From the human T2T-CHM13v2.0 reference genome, Homo sapiens, in NCBI RefSeq assembly GCF_009914755.1, contig NC_060938.1: a stretch of DNA of 64,000 nt; one strand, written 5' to 3'. Shown here piece after piece: positions 1 through 16,385 of the stretch. The position numbers were made by a program, and so were the translations under genes. The notes below the pieces were generated by a model. That model had not been told where the DNA came from. It searched no databases and saw only the letters and a list, made by a program, of their open reading frames with translations. Each line of letters starts with the position of its first letter. Position 1 is the stretch's first letter.

Positions 1-150
1 CTTATACAACTCTGGAAGATAGGTTTGGCAGCTATTGTTATCATTCCCATTTTACAGATTAAAAAACTGAGACCAGAGAGATTTATTCTCACTTTCTGAA
101 AGTCAGAGCTTTAAAATAGGAGAGTTAGGATTTGAATTCAGGTCTTTGGT
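1..150 (-). mobile_element. MIR fragment
   Basis: cccattttacagat...aaactgag...ggatttgaattcagg, reverse complement of the MIR core. Confidence 0.75.
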
Positions 151-309
151 CCCATGTGGTCTTCTCACACCATGTTGTCCCCAGCTCCTTTCTGATGGTG
201 TCAGAGGGTGTCATTTCTGGGGAAACGGAGTCTAAACACTTACTGCTTGGCCTGTACCTCGAAGCCGGGAAGATACTGCTACCTTTGCTTTGGTCATAAT
301 ATACTTTCA

Positions 310-665
<356 letters not shown>

Positions 666-1841
666 TTACATGTTATCAAGGGTATTCATCAAATTATATA
701 AGCCCTAGTTACATCTTGCCTTTCAGATACCACATCTATTGCTCTATTTCTAGCACCCTAGAATGTCTTTAATTTCTCTTTTTGCCTTTACAGTTGAACA
801 CAGACTGGCTGGCTGGCTGGAGGAGCTGGGTGGCCAGTCAAGACTAATGATTCAACACTTTGGACAAGCCTGATGATATTCACCTTTGATTCCGTTGTCC
901 TAAATTTGTAAGACTTTTTACCTTCTCACTTTCCTCTTTCTTTTCCCAGTTATTAAAAAAAATACAGCAAATTCAATACAATGTTAAGACAGTTGCCCAA
1001 CTAAACATGGCTGTGCCGACAAGGATAGTGATCTTGTTGAATTTAATTGTCGAGTGGAGGCAGGGTCATCTTGTCATGGCTCAACTGAGTCTGCTAATTT
1101 CCAAGGCCTAAAAGGGGCCATGGGTGACAGTAGCATAGGGCAGTGAAGGTTGTGCAAAATTGCCCTGTAGTAGGTGTGACTTGGGTCATGAACTGTTGGT
1201 CCTAAACTCGTGTCTTGCCAGGAGGTGGCGCCCTTTCTCTGCCCAGTTTGTTGTGGCTCTTCATTACTGTGGGGAGGGAAAATGATGCGCTTCCTGTAGC
1301 TTGGGCAGCCATTTCAGAGGCTCTCAGATGCAGTGAACTGTGTTTCTTTCTTCTGAACAGTTACACAATTCCCGTAATGAGGGAAATTGCATGGGAATTC
1401 ACTTCTTCAGCTGTCAGAGCCACTTCTCTGCCCAGGGTTAGGCTTGCTTCTCTCTTCCCTTTAGAGGTGCCGCTACCACCTCTATTTCTTTGAGTTTCTC
1501 TCCCCTTAGGATAAGCCGTGGGTTCCAGGAGAATAATCGTAACAGGATTATAATGAGGGTAGAATGGAAATGAAAAAAGAGGACAGGATGGCTGAGGGGG
1601 CTGCTTTTGGCAGTGCTTGCTTCTCTCTCTCCCTATTAGGAGCAGCTCTTCTGCCCTTATTCCTGGAGTAACAAAGTTGTCCTGTATTTCCACACACACA
1701 GCTCAATCCCCGCCAATGGCAATGGGAGTTGGAATCGCCTTGGGCTGCTAATTACCCTAAGCCCCTTTTGTTTTAGATGGATTGTGGGGAATCCAAGGTC
1801 TGAACTAAGAAGAAAGAGAAAGGGAAAAGAGAAAGAAAAAC

Positions 1842-2135
<294 letters not shown>

Positions 2136-2344
2136 AGGAGGAAGAAAGGGGGAAGAGAAATGAAAATTAGAGAAGAAAATGTGGGAGAAAAAGACAGCCA
2201 AATAGTCATCAAAAAGAAAAAGGGACAGAGAGAGACATAGAGAAAGACAGAAAGAGACACGGGAGACCAAATGAGACATACACATGAGAGGGCCATTGAT
2301 CTGGGGGAAGAACATTGGGTTTGCTTTTCATCTCACCTGCATCA

Positions 2345-2500
2345 AGCTCTGTGAAGTTGGAAAAGTCACGTGACTGTTCTGATCCTCAGTGTCCCCATAT
2401 GAAAAATGGGAATAATTACACTTCACACCACTGTGATGTGGCCCAAATGGACCATATGGAGGAGATCTTTTGTAAGTGATCAAGTTCTAGTTAAATGATG
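2345..2500 (+). mobile_element. MIR fragment
   Basis: cctcagtgtccccatatgaaaaatgggaataat core. Confidence 0.6.
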
Positions 2501-2754
2501 TTACTTGATATCAACCAGACTTGAAGAGAGAGGATGTGTCCTGGCCCATGCTGAACCCTAGGGGTGGGGCATAGGTGCCCTCAGTAATCCAGGGAGAAGA
2601 CCCCTGTTTTCTGCACCGCAATCCTATTTTCTCAGAAGATTTTTTAAGAGGGAAAGTTTCCTTGCCTCCAGCTCCTGGAAAGAGAGGCCTCCCCTGCCCT
2701 GGGTAGCAGTGGGGGTGGGTGGGTAGAGGTGCTTCTAGATTACTCTCTTCAAGA

Positions 2755-3010
2755 AATAACAGTTATAGCTAACATTTTATTAAGCTTACTATGTGCTAGG
2801 TGCTTTCCTAAGTGCGCTTTGTGGATTAACATTAAACCTCATAATGAAGTAGGTACTATTAATAGCTTCATTTTACAGATGTGGAAACTAAAGCAAAGAG
2901 AGATAAAAGGAAATTGCCTAAGGTCACACAAGAAGTGGCAGAGGAGATGAAAACCCAGGCCATCTGTTGCCAAGTCGCTCGTCCTAATCACTGTGCTATA
3001 CTGCCTCTCC
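2755..3010 (-). mobile_element. MIR
   Basis: cattttacagatgtggaaactaaagc...gcctaaggtcacaca. Confidence 0.8.
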
Positions 3011-3079
3011 AGTTAGGCCCATGTCCCTCACTTTTCCATGTTCTGAGCAGGAAGCAGGAGGCTGCCTGCTGATCTGTTT

Positions 3080-3375
3080 TTTTTTTTTTTTTTGAGACAG
3101 GGTCTCACTCTGTCACCTGGGCTGGAGTACAGTGGCACAATCTTGGCTCATGGCAATGTCCGCCTCCTGGGTTCAAGTGATTCTCTTGCCTCAGGCTCCC
3201 AAGTAGCTGGGATTACAGGCATGCAACACCGCACCCGGCTAATTTTTGTACTTTTAGTAGAGACAGGGTTTCACCACGTTGGCCAGGCTGGTCTTGAACT
3301 CCTGACCTCAGGTGATCTGCCTGCCTTGGCCTCCCAAAGTGCTGGGATTACAGGCATGAGCCACTGTGCCTGGCC
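3080..3375 (-). mobile_element. AluS
   Basis: Full dimer; TSD ctgatctgttt at 3069-3079 and 3377-3387. Confidence 0.95.
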
Positions 3376-3391
3376 TCTGATCTGTTTCAAT

Positions 3392-3957
3392 GGTGGGTCA
3401 GTCAGGGTTCTACTAGAGAAACAGAGGAAGGAGGATACACGAACCTCGTGACACCCCTGCTCCCTGCTGCTGCCTGCCTCCGCGTTTGCGCACATGCTCA
3501 TACACACACGAATATCCATGTTGATTTCTCTATATCTTTCTGTTTCCAAGGAATTGGCTTACATAATTGTATTAATAGGTTCTGACTGAACAATCCCAAA
3601 TCATGTAGGGCAGGTGGGCAGGCTGGAAGACTCTCAGGTGGAAGCTGTGCTGCAGGCTATAGGTGGAATTTCTTCTTCCTTGAGGACACTTCAGTTTTGC
3701 TGTCAGGACTTTCAACAGATTAGATGAAGCTCACCCATGTAATCAAGGCCAATCTTCTTTACTTAAAGTTGCCTGATCAGAGGTGTTAACTATTATATAT
3801 CTACAAAATACCTTCACAGCGATATTTAGCCTGATCAGAGGTGTTAACTATTATATATCTACAAAATACCTTCACAGCAATATTTAGATTAGTGTTTGAT
3901 TGGATAACCGAGTACTCCTACCTGTGTAAGTTGATACATAAAACTAACCACCATGAT
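3392..3957 (-). mobile_element. MLT2-family (ERVL) solo LTR with internal 58-bp tandem duplication
   Basis: Reverse complement starts atggtggttagttttatgtatcaactt...tcaaacactaatcta...gtgaaggtattttgtagat, as in MLT2. Confidence 0.85.
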
Positions 3958-4159
3958 GGGAAGGGGAGAGTAAGAAAGGGGAAGGGCAAAATACCAGGAG
4001 TGGGCAGGCAATTTACTTCTTAGAATTTAATAGACTGAAAATATGTTCCTGCCCCTCTACAGACATGACTGACAGTGAGAACAGTCACATCACATAATTC
4101 ACAAGGGAGTTCCTTGGAAATGCTTCACTATGAAATTGTGCACGAGAAGCTGTTCTATG

Positions 4160-4350
4160 GGCAGCTCTGCAAACTAGGTCTTCTGTTTGAGATTCATAAT
4201 GCACATCACCACATTGAAAGCTCTGAGAAATCCCACAGCAAAGAAACTTGTTTATAGTTTCTAATTAGGCTTTTCCCAAACTCATTTGACCACGAAACCT
4301 TTCCTTTCTTTTCCCATGTAACATCCATCAACAGAGCATGCTTAGGCTAA
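4160..4350. mobile_element. Old hAT-type DNA transposon remnant (subfamily uncertain); related remnant at ~37620-37875
   Basis: aaagctctgagaaatccc...ttttcccaaactcatttgaccac motif shared with cttcttagagcc...ttctcaaacttaattgaccat. Confidence 0.4.
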
Positions 4351-4838
4351 GGCTGGCTTAATCTCCTCTCCCTAAAGCAATAGACCCAGTTCACCGGGAT
4401 ACTGCTGAGGCTTCACTGATAACATAAAAAGAACAATGCTTTCAATCATTCCTTACACATAAATGCTTCCTGCTTTCCTGGTGTTCATGGAAAGTACAAG
4501 ATTGGCTGACACTAGAAAGTAGAATTCTGTGGCTTTTGTCTTGTGCATATTAAAGAAAAAAAACCCTTTTAAGAGATGAAGAATTCAAAACTATTTTCAT
4601 CACATTTTGGAGCAAAATGGTCTCTAGGAAAGAGGTACTTTGCATATCACATGACATACTGCCAGCAGGTACCCTCAGGGGCATCAGAACCCTGTGGGAA
4701 AGATTAATCTTGCACACTTGGGAGCTGGTACCCCAGAGAGCAGGAAGCATTGATGCTAGTGACTGTGCCATTGATCTCATCAAACAACAAATTCTTCAGT
4801 TCATTCTCGAGTGTCTACTGGGAGCTAGGGCACAGTGA

Positions 4839-4842
<4 letters not shown>

Positions 4843-4876
<34 letters not shown>
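4843..4876 (+). repeat. (GT)n microsatellite
   Basis: About 17 perfect GT units. Confidence 0.97.
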
Positions 4877-4877
<1 letters not shown>

Positions 4878-4975
4878 GGGGGAGGAGGGGGTAGGCATGC
4901 ACACAGGAATAAATAGCTAATGGTTTAAGTTAATGGACAATTTTTGTTAGGAGTTGATTTAGTAACACAGACCCC

Positions 4976-5503
4976 TGTGATGATAAATCTTATGTGTCAG
5001 CTTGACTGGGCCATGGAATATTCAGATGTTTGGTTAGACATTATTCTGGATGAGTCCCTCTGTGAAGGCGTTTCTGGAGGAGATGAACCTCTGAATTGGT
5101 AAACTGAATAAAGCAGATGGCCCTCTCCAATGTGGGTAGGCATCCTCCAATCCATTGAAGGGATGAACAGAATGAAAGGCTGAGGAAGAGAGGATCTGCT
5201 CTCTGTCTTGGAGCTGGGGCATGGGTTTTCTCCTGCATTTGGACTTGGGCTCAGATTTAGATTGGAACTTACACAATTATCTCTGCTAGTTCTCAGGCCT
5301 TTGGGCTTGGACTAAAACTTCCACTGTTGGCTCTCCTCGTTCCTGGGCCTTTGGATTTGTGCTAGAACTACCTTATCAGCTCTCCTGGGTCTCCAGCTTG
5401 CCGATACAGATCTTGGGACTTCTCAGCCTTCGTAACCAAGTAAGACAATATACATACCTATCCCCTGTTGGTTCTGTTTCTCTGAAGAACCCAGACTAAT
5501 ATA
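4976..5503 (+). mobile_element. MLT2 (ERVL) solo LTR nested in an older MLT1
   Basis: tgtgatgataaatcttatgtgtcagcttgactgggcc...gactaatata; 5-bp TSD ACCCC at 4971-4975 and 5504-5508. Confidence 0.9.
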
Positions 5504-5508
5504 ACCCC

Positions 5509-5960
5509 TCAAATAATAGTGTCTTAAATAGGACAAGGGCTTATTTCTCTCTCATGGAATAGCAATAGTCTGCTGCTAGGCAGACCAGAGCTGGAACAGA
5601 GCTCTAAGGTACAAGAAACCCATGTTTGGCCATTTCTAAGGCATTTCTTTCATCTGCATCATACAGAATACCTCAATACCATGTCCTTATTTCAGGCAGG
5701 AAGGAGGAGGAAATGGTGTCAAGAAGGGCATGTTCCCTCCCTTTAAGGACACAACTCAAAAGTTTTATTTATCACCTACTATACATCTCATTGGCCAGAA
5801 CTTGGTCATATGGCCACATATAGCTTCAAGGAGGGGAGGCTGAGAAATGTAATCCCTATTCCAGGTGGCCATGAAACCCAGCCAAAAAACACAGGGTTCC
5901 TGTTATTCTGGAGAATGGGACAGTAGATTTTTGGGGACAGCTAACCCTGTCTTCCACAGG
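5509..5960 (-). mobile_element. MLT1 (J/K/L-like) MaLR LTR; its other piece lies at ~4945-4975
   Basis: cttaaataggacaagggcttatttctctctca...tcattggccagaacttggtcatatggccaca...gaggctgagaaatgtaatc. Confidence 0.75.
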
Positions 5961-6229
5961 GTTATATAAAATGTAAAAAGATATTTATTAAGCCTGGACT
6001 GTTTCTAAGCAAGGGTGTACCACAAGCCTTTAGTTCTAGGGATTGGACTAGGGATTTAGATTCCAAGGGCTAAAAACCATGAGATGACATTTACACCTCT
6101 GAATGGATAGGAACCATCCCAGACTAAACATTTGAGATTGATACTCCTGACTGTTCCCAAAGTACCCCAAAACTTTTATTTTTAACGGCAACTTAACTTA
6201 TTGCATTATAATTACTTCTGAGTGTGGAT

Positions 6230-6325
6230 GTGCCTGCCTCCCCAATTATACTGTGCTCCTTTAGGGCGGGGACTCTGTTCTGCGTCTGACTCATGGTAGG
6301 CACTCAGTAAACACTGGCTGAATCC
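6230..6325 (+). mobile_element. L2 3' end
   Basis: gctcctttagggcggggact...catggtaggcactcagtaaacactggctgaat. Confidence 0.6.
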
Positions 6326-6829
6326 CAGGTGGGAAATTGTCATCTGGAAGAGTTGATTTGTAGGATGTTCTTGACACCCACTCCCATTCCCACTTCCACC
6401 TCCAAATGGTCCTGAACTCTGACCTTTCCTGGTGAATTAATAGGAAATTCTGCCAAGTTAATCCAAATAATATCTGGAAACTATATAACAGGAGTATCAC
6501 TTCTGCCATATTTTATTCTTTGTGGCAGTCACAAAGTCCTTGCCAGTCTCAAGAAATGGAGTCTACCTCTTTGTGGGTGGTAGTGGTGGTGGTGGCCAGG
6601 TTCTAAATAGAGAATGTGGGAAATACAGTCGCAGCCATTTTTGGAAAACACGCTCTTCGCACACCACCTATCGAGCTCATTCAGAGGACAGAAGAGCAAG
6701 ACTCCTGGATTCACCAAGGGCTTCTGGCAGGACGAGGCCAGCAGTCACATTCCTCTCTTTCCAGAGGGACCCAAGAAGAGCCAGGGGCTTTGGGAAAATC
6801 CCCGGCATCCCCTTGGCATCCAAGAAACA

Positions 6830-6970
6830 GCATGGGGTGGTGGAAATCCCCCTCGACTCAGAGTCAAGAGGATTGTGGTCTGATTCTTGTGTGATATAGG
6901 ACATGCCACTTGACCCATTTGAGCCTCAGTTTCTTATGCCTGACAGATGAGATATTTGCATTAGATCAGT
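6830..6970 (+). mobile_element. MIR fragment
   Basis: tgagcctcagtttcttatgcctgacagatgag core. Confidence 0.6.
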
Positions 6971-7164
6971 TGTTTTCCAATCTGTTGATAGCAGGGAATT
7001 CTTTTTCTTTTAGTTTGTATTATTTTCAAACAAAAAGGTTGTTGACGGGGTGTTGGGAGGATATAGGTACCCACTTGTCGTTCCCTCTCCCTTCCCCTTG
7101 GGGATTCCTCATGAAGCCTTAGAGCTCCTTAGAACACGTTTGGAAAATCCTTGGACCCGGATTT

Positions 7165-7487
7165 TCCCTCCCCTCCTCTCCCCTCTCCTCCCCTCTCCTT
7201 TCCTTTTCTTAGATAGAGTTTCGCTCTTGTGGCCCAGGCTGGAATACAGTGGTGTGATCTCGGCTCACTGCAAACTCTGCTTCCCAGGTTCAAGCAATTC
7301 TGCCTCAGCCTCCTGAGTAGCTGGGATTACAGGTGCACACCACCACACCCGGCTAATTTTTGTGTTATTAGTACAGGCGGGGTTTCACCATGTTGGCCAG
7401 GCTGGTCTCAAACTCCTGACCTCAGCTAATCCACCCACCTTGGCCTCCCAAAGTGCTGGGATTACAGGTGTGAGCCACCACACCCTG
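7165..7487 (-). mobile_element. AluSp/Sq-like with CT-rich degenerate tail
   Basis: gagtttcgctcttgt diagnostic; degenerate TSD ttggacccggatttt / ttggacctggatgtttt. Confidence 0.9.
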
Positions 7488-7787
7488 TTGGACCTGGATG
7501 TTTTCTACGGGTTTCCAGGAGAGGGGACTGAATGAGAGAGGAAAGACCTACCACTGCTGTCTCAGATTTCTCCTTCCTGGAATTTTTTCAGCTTCCATCC
7601 TGCTCTGTGTGTGACTTCCCCACTTTGGCCTCTCAGCCATCTGACACTGAAGTGTCTGCCAGGTGTTCTGAATGAGCCAAAGTTCCACAGATTCTTGGGG
7701 AGAGCAGTAATGAAGGAGCAGGGACATCCTCTGGTAGTGTTTGAACGCAAGCCTCTTTCCAGCTTCCTGTCATCTGTGCCAGGCTGG

Positions 7788-8589
<802 letters not shown>

Positions 8590-9344
8590 CTACCATCACT
8601 AGCCTGGGAGAAGTCGGGGGACTGAGCAGAAAGCCCAGAAGACCATGGAGACTGTGGTCTCCGCAGTGCTACCTTCCCAGCTTCCACTGGTGACTCTGGG
8701 GTTCCCCCTGCCGTAAAGGAGAGGTGCTTTGCTGCTCCCAAGTCCTGTCCCTTCTCTGATGCTCCCGTCCATTTTTTCCACCACTGTATCTCCGGCGGGC
8801 CCCTCCCCACCCCCATCTTTTCTCTCCCACATTTTCTGCTCTCTCTCTTTGTTTCTCCATCCCCCTTCTCTCTTAAAAAAAAATTCAATCCCAAGAGCGA
8901 TTAGATTTGCAAATGAGCGGGCAGGAAACTGGGAACAAAGGGAACCAGAGCCGAAGAGGGAGCAGGTATAATTACTGTAATTAACTCAAGCAGCAGGGAC
9001 AAATCCCCTTGGCTGCGGCTGCTGTGAGGTGCTGAGAGGCACTGTAAGGGAGACTGAGGGGTGCCAGGAAACTCAGTGCCCCCTCCCCAGGGCTGGGGTG
9101 TCCTGGTGGGGGACCCTGGCGGGGAAGCTCCTCTTGGACCTCGCCTGTGTGAGGATCCATTTCATCTCCTGTCCTGGGCTCGGCGGGAGCAGGGAGGAGG
9201 GGACCCAGGTTCAGAGATAGGATGTAGTCTCTTGCCCCACGGAGTGGAGCCAGGGAACAGAACCTCCGTCATTTCTTAACTGGACACTTAGCTCTTTACT
9301 TGCTTTGTGACATCTTAGGAGCCTGCTCTGGTTTCCCTAAGATA

Positions 9345-9829
9345 CAAATCCCATTACCGGGTATAGACCCAAAAGAAAATAGATCATTCTGCCAAAAATG
9401 TACTCATATGTTTATCGCTGTGCTATTCACAATAGCAATGACATGGAATCAACCTAGATGTTCACCAGTGGTGGACTGGATAAAGAAAATGTGGTACAAA
9501 TACACCATGGCATACTATGTAGCCATAAAAAAGAGTGAAATCATGTCTTTTACAGCAGCGTGGATGGAGCTGGAGGCCATACTCCTAAGCAAATTAATGC
9601 AGGAACAGAAAACCAAATACTACATGTTCTTGCTTGTAAGTAGGAGCTAAACATTGAGCACACATGGGCATAAACATGAGAACAATAGACACTGCTGAGT
9701 ACCAGCGTGGAGAGGGAGGGAGGGGTTGAAAAACTACCTACTGGGTTCTATGCCCACTACTTGGGTGCAATATACCTGTGTAACAAACTTGCACATGTAC
9801 CCCCTATATCTAAATAAAAGTTAAAATTT
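9345..9829 (+). mobile_element. L1 3' end (L1PA15/16 or L1PB-like): ORF2 C-terminus and 3'UTR
   Basis: ORF 9300-9650 reads as ORF2p C-terminus (HMFIAVLFTIAMTWNQPRC...WIKKMWY...); 3'UTR with G-rich tract. Confidence 0.92.
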
Positions 9830-10141
<312 letters not shown>

Positions 10142-10502
10142 TTAAAAGTCTAGAGGCCATAGAGGAGGAACATGTCTCTGATCCCATGACACTGTCATAT
10201 CTGTGTCCCCAAACATCCCTGGCATTTGAGGCCTTCTAATGCACCTTTGCAATCTTACCTTTCACGATGGCCTCTCATCACTTTGTCCTCTAGCCAAATC
10301 CCACCGCATGTGGCACCCTGAACATACTCTGTACTTTTCTATTTCTCTGCCTTCGCATGTGGAGCTGTCCTTTTCCTCCTGCATTACACCTTCCCCAGTG
10401 CCATTTGGTGAAATGTTTAGAGATACATTTGAAACTACAACCCCTTCTGTGAAGTCCAAAGTAGTCTCACCCTCCACAGAAGCCTTTTCTCTTTCATGGC
10501 CC

Positions 10503-11302
<800 letters not shown>

Positions 11303-11414
11303 GCTTTTACTTCACTATACGCCCTTCCCCAACTCCTATCCTTTCAGTAGGGTGGACTGATGCTGGCTTGTTTCCTGGAGCATAATACCATCTTTGGGGT
11401 TCTGTGGCAACAAA

Positions 11415-11915
11415 ACCCCTTTCACTTGCCAGTGACAGAAACCCTGACTTATACTGACATCAAAAATGAAGGGAATTTATTGATTCAAATAACTTCCAGG
11501 GATGTTTGCAGTCAGGTGTGGCTGGATCCAGGGGCTCAAACATTAGATCTCTCCCCTTCCTCTCCCCTTTCCTCCATATGGGCCTTACTCTCAGAGTGAC
11601 CTTTCCACAACACGGGCCCAGCACCTCCAGGCTACCTTTACTTCTAGATCCAGCCATCCAGGAGAGAGTGTTTCCCCTTCTCCATGTTCCCAGCACCCAC
11701 CTAAGATTGAGCCTTGTTGGGCTGGATTGAGTCCAGAGCCAATCACTGGGTTGAAGGGAATGAAACCCAGTGACTGGCCAGGCTGGCATCTAGTGCCCAC
11801 CCCCTGCACTCTGAGAGATGCATGAGGTCAGCCCTATCCAAACTGTGTGGATTCCCAGTTGGGCGGGACACAGCAGGGCAGCTGCAAAGGCAGAAACAGC
11901 AGATGCCCACTACCA
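11415..11915 (-). mobile_element. MLT1 (J/K-like) LTR
   Basis: ttgccagtgacagaaaccc...gggaatttattga...ggctggatccaggggctcaaac. Confidence 0.7.
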
Positions 11916-12479
11916 AATCAGGGCACCGGGGGATGGCCCAGCCCAGGCAATCCCTGTATTTCCTTCAATGCCCCACCCATGTCTACCTCACCTGCCACCA
12001 CCAGAGCACCGCCTTCTCACCTGCTCTAGGCACTCGGAGTCTGCACCACTCAGCCAGGTGCACACCTCTGTGTTGCCTTAGCGCTATCCTAATGTTTTCA
12101 TCTGCTCTCGCCTCATTAGAGCGACAAGATTACAGACCCACTGGGAGCAGAGGATGTGACCATCCTTGTGTGCCCCTCTTCTACCCAATACACCCCTGGG
12201 GCCCTGGACGGCACTACAGTGAACCGAGCTTGGCACACAGATCATATCCAGGTCACTTATTAGCCCTGAGCTCTCTGAGCCTCAGTTTCCACATTGCTAG
12301 GGTGGGGCTATAAAAACATCTCTTTCATAGAAATGTAAAACAAAAGAGAGAATATGTGAGAAAATACTTCCCACTCTTCCAAGCTAAGCCCAGCCTGTTT
12401 TTCTCCAATTACATGATTGGGTATTTAATTACACCTGAGTTAAGAAATAAGCTTTCTCCTTCCTTGTTTCAGTGACAAT

Positions 12480-13460
12480 ACACTGTCCAGGCTACACCCT
12501 GCCTCTTCTGTTGTTTTTATTCTCTTTTGCTAGCTCCTCTTATTTTTTGCCTACCTTTTAAACAATGGGCATGAGAAAGGCAGTGAGTGTAGTGGCTTAC
12601 AGCATTGGCTGGGGTCCTGAGTTGCCACCATTCTGAATGCAATTACATCACTTGATAGAGTATAACCTTAGATTGGTTAATTTCACCTCTTAGTGGCCCA
12701 GTTCTTCATCTGTAAAGTAAGAAATCACAATAGTATTACCTCATGGGGCTGGATTGAAGGAGTTAATTTATGTAAAGCATTACAGCAGGACTTGATGGGG
12801 AGTAAGTACTATAAAAATGTTAATTATTATTCCTATTTTAATATTCCAAACATTATCCTTTAGCTCCAGGTCCAGTCAATTTTCCTCCTTAAAACATCTC
12901 AAATTCATTTTTTAAAACACTTCTTCATCCCTACTAATTTCTTAATTCAGTCCCTTATAATTTTAAGCATGGATTACTCCCACCTCCTCCTAATTGGCCT
13001 CCCTTACCTGTGTTGCCTTCCAATCTATTCTCCACACAAAAATCTGATCTTATTTCTCCCCTGATTTAAATCTTTGAATGGCAGCCCATAATGATCAGAA
13101 TATGAAGTCCACACTCTCGGGCATGAAGTATGAAGTGCTTCGTGATTTTCTCCTTGCTCATTTCATTAGCCCCTGTCTCTTCACTGCTCCCTTGTCTCGC
13201 CATCTTTCTCTCACCTCCTTGTCTGGTATTCTCTTACTTCCTCTTTTCTCCTGACTACTTCTTCAGCATCCATTGAGCTTCAGTTTAGGCACCTCACCTA
13301 CTGCACCAGGGACTATCTATCTCAGTAGTTGTCACTTTGCATTAGTGTCTGTTGCCTCCACTAAACCTCTTGAAGGAAAGGACCTCATGTTTGAATGTCT
13401 AGCTCTTAGCACAGTTCTGGTGTCTTGTCTGGGCTCAGTGTTTTGTTGAATGAATTGATT
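12480..13460 (+). mobile_element. L2 3' region containing a MIR (~12570-12830)
   Basis: L2 motifs (ggattactc...ctcctaattggcctccc; cttagcacagttctgg...tgttgaatgaat) and MIR core. Confidence 0.75.
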
Positions 13461-13508
13461 AGTGATAACTACTTCTAAAGTTGTCAGGCCTCTTCTGGTT
13501 GCAAATGA

Positions 13509-14178
<670 letters not shown>

Positions 14179-14559
14179 GTCTCCATCCATCTCTAGGCTC
14201 TGTTTTCCTCTGTCTTGGTTTAATTCTTAAGCTGGCTTCCTGAAAATGACCAGCAGCAGCTTCAGTCTACTCATGTAGCAACCCTAGTGGAAAGAGGGTA
14301 TCTCTTTCTCAACATTTTCAGCTAGAGTCTCAGTACCACCTTCATTTGGCCAATTTACTTCCTGTGCTGGGGCATGAAACGTGGTGATTGGTCAGGCCTG
14401 GGTAACACTCCTATCCCTGGAGCTGGGATGGAATCATGCCCTCCTGAAACATGTGGACTGAATGGGGCAGGGATGTTCCCCAAAATAAAAATGGGGTGCT
14501 TTTGCCAGAAACATGAGAAATGGATTAGAGGGAAGCAAAAACAGCATTTGTACAGAAGT

Positions 14560-14740
14560 GCCAGGCACTTCTAGTTCTTCTATGAACATTTCAATTAATC
14601 TTCACAACAATCCAAAGAAAATCCACTCCACCAATGAGAAAACCGAGGCTTGGGGTGGTTGAGTGACTTGCCTGAGTTTACATAGCTCACAAGGACTGGA
14701 GCCAGATTCTCACCCTGGCAGTTTGATTTTAGAGTTTTCC
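14560..14740 (-). mobile_element. MIR
   Basis: aatgagaaaaccgaggctt...gacttgcctgag. Confidence 0.7.
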
Positions 14741-14879
14741 TCCTGTAAAATGTTTTTAAAAAGAAATGCACACAGTAAAAATTCCGAACAGCATAAAAGG
14801 ATGTACAGTGACAAAGTAGTTATACTTCAAGCGCTGGCTGTGAGCACCCCCTTTCACTCCTGCCCCCTAATCATCCGCT

Positions 14880-15520
14880 CCTGAAATCCTACTTTGAAGC
14901 TTCATTATGCTGATCCAGAATAGTCTTTAGTCTAGGGCTAGTGTACCCCCACTTCTGAGTATTCTACCCAATGCCCCGCGTATTATGAGGTCTTTCATCT
15001 CTGGCTGTTGGGAACACAACCTATTTCCAGCCCTATGTGATATCTGAAAATTGCTTGGCTTCCTGTTCTCCAGTGGTCCTTTCCCAGCTGCAGGTAGCTG
15101 CTTCTTATACATGTGCCAGTCAGCACCCAGGCCCAGACCATAGGGGACCCCTCTGCCAATCACTGGAGCGCTTCTGTATGCAGCTTTCTCTTCTCTGATT
15201 CTTGGCTCTGCAAATTTAGCTGCTTTGGCCACCCTGAACTGCAATCTCTGTCTTCTTAATTCAGGGAGACCACTGAGCTCTGCCTCAGTTCCTCCTCCCT
15301 GCATCGTGGCCTGGAAGCAAACTTCAGGCCGTAAGCTGAGGTTATTGTAGGACTCTCCTCTTTTGTTTCCCTTCTTTTACCTTCTCTTAGCAGTCCTGTA
15401 CTGTCTGACGCTCAGTGTCTTAAAACTATTGTTTTATTTTGTCTGTTTTTTTTTTTTTAAGTTGTTTTGCAAGGCAAGGGGATAAATCTGTTCTCTATTA
15501 TTCCATTGTGGCCAAAAATA
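14880..15520 (-). mobile_element. Ancient L1M 5'-end fragment
   Basis: Homologous to ~49150-49735 (ctctggct..ttggaac; gtaagctg..gg; ggg.taaatct); typical L1M/L1ME 5' region. Confidence 0.65.
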
Positions 15521-15577
15521 GTATAAGTTTTACTAGTTTTTTTTTTTTTTTTAATCCTTCCAGAGATATTTTTATTT

Positions 15578-16385
<808 letters not shown>

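Noticed and set aside
6522-6904. Several overlapping ORFs on both strands
   Set aside because: Chance open frames partly overlapping old repeat remnants; no recognisable protein
14880-15520. Similarity to ~49150-49735 suggesting a segmental duplication
   Set aside because: Low identity consistent with two independent ancient L1M 5'-end copies
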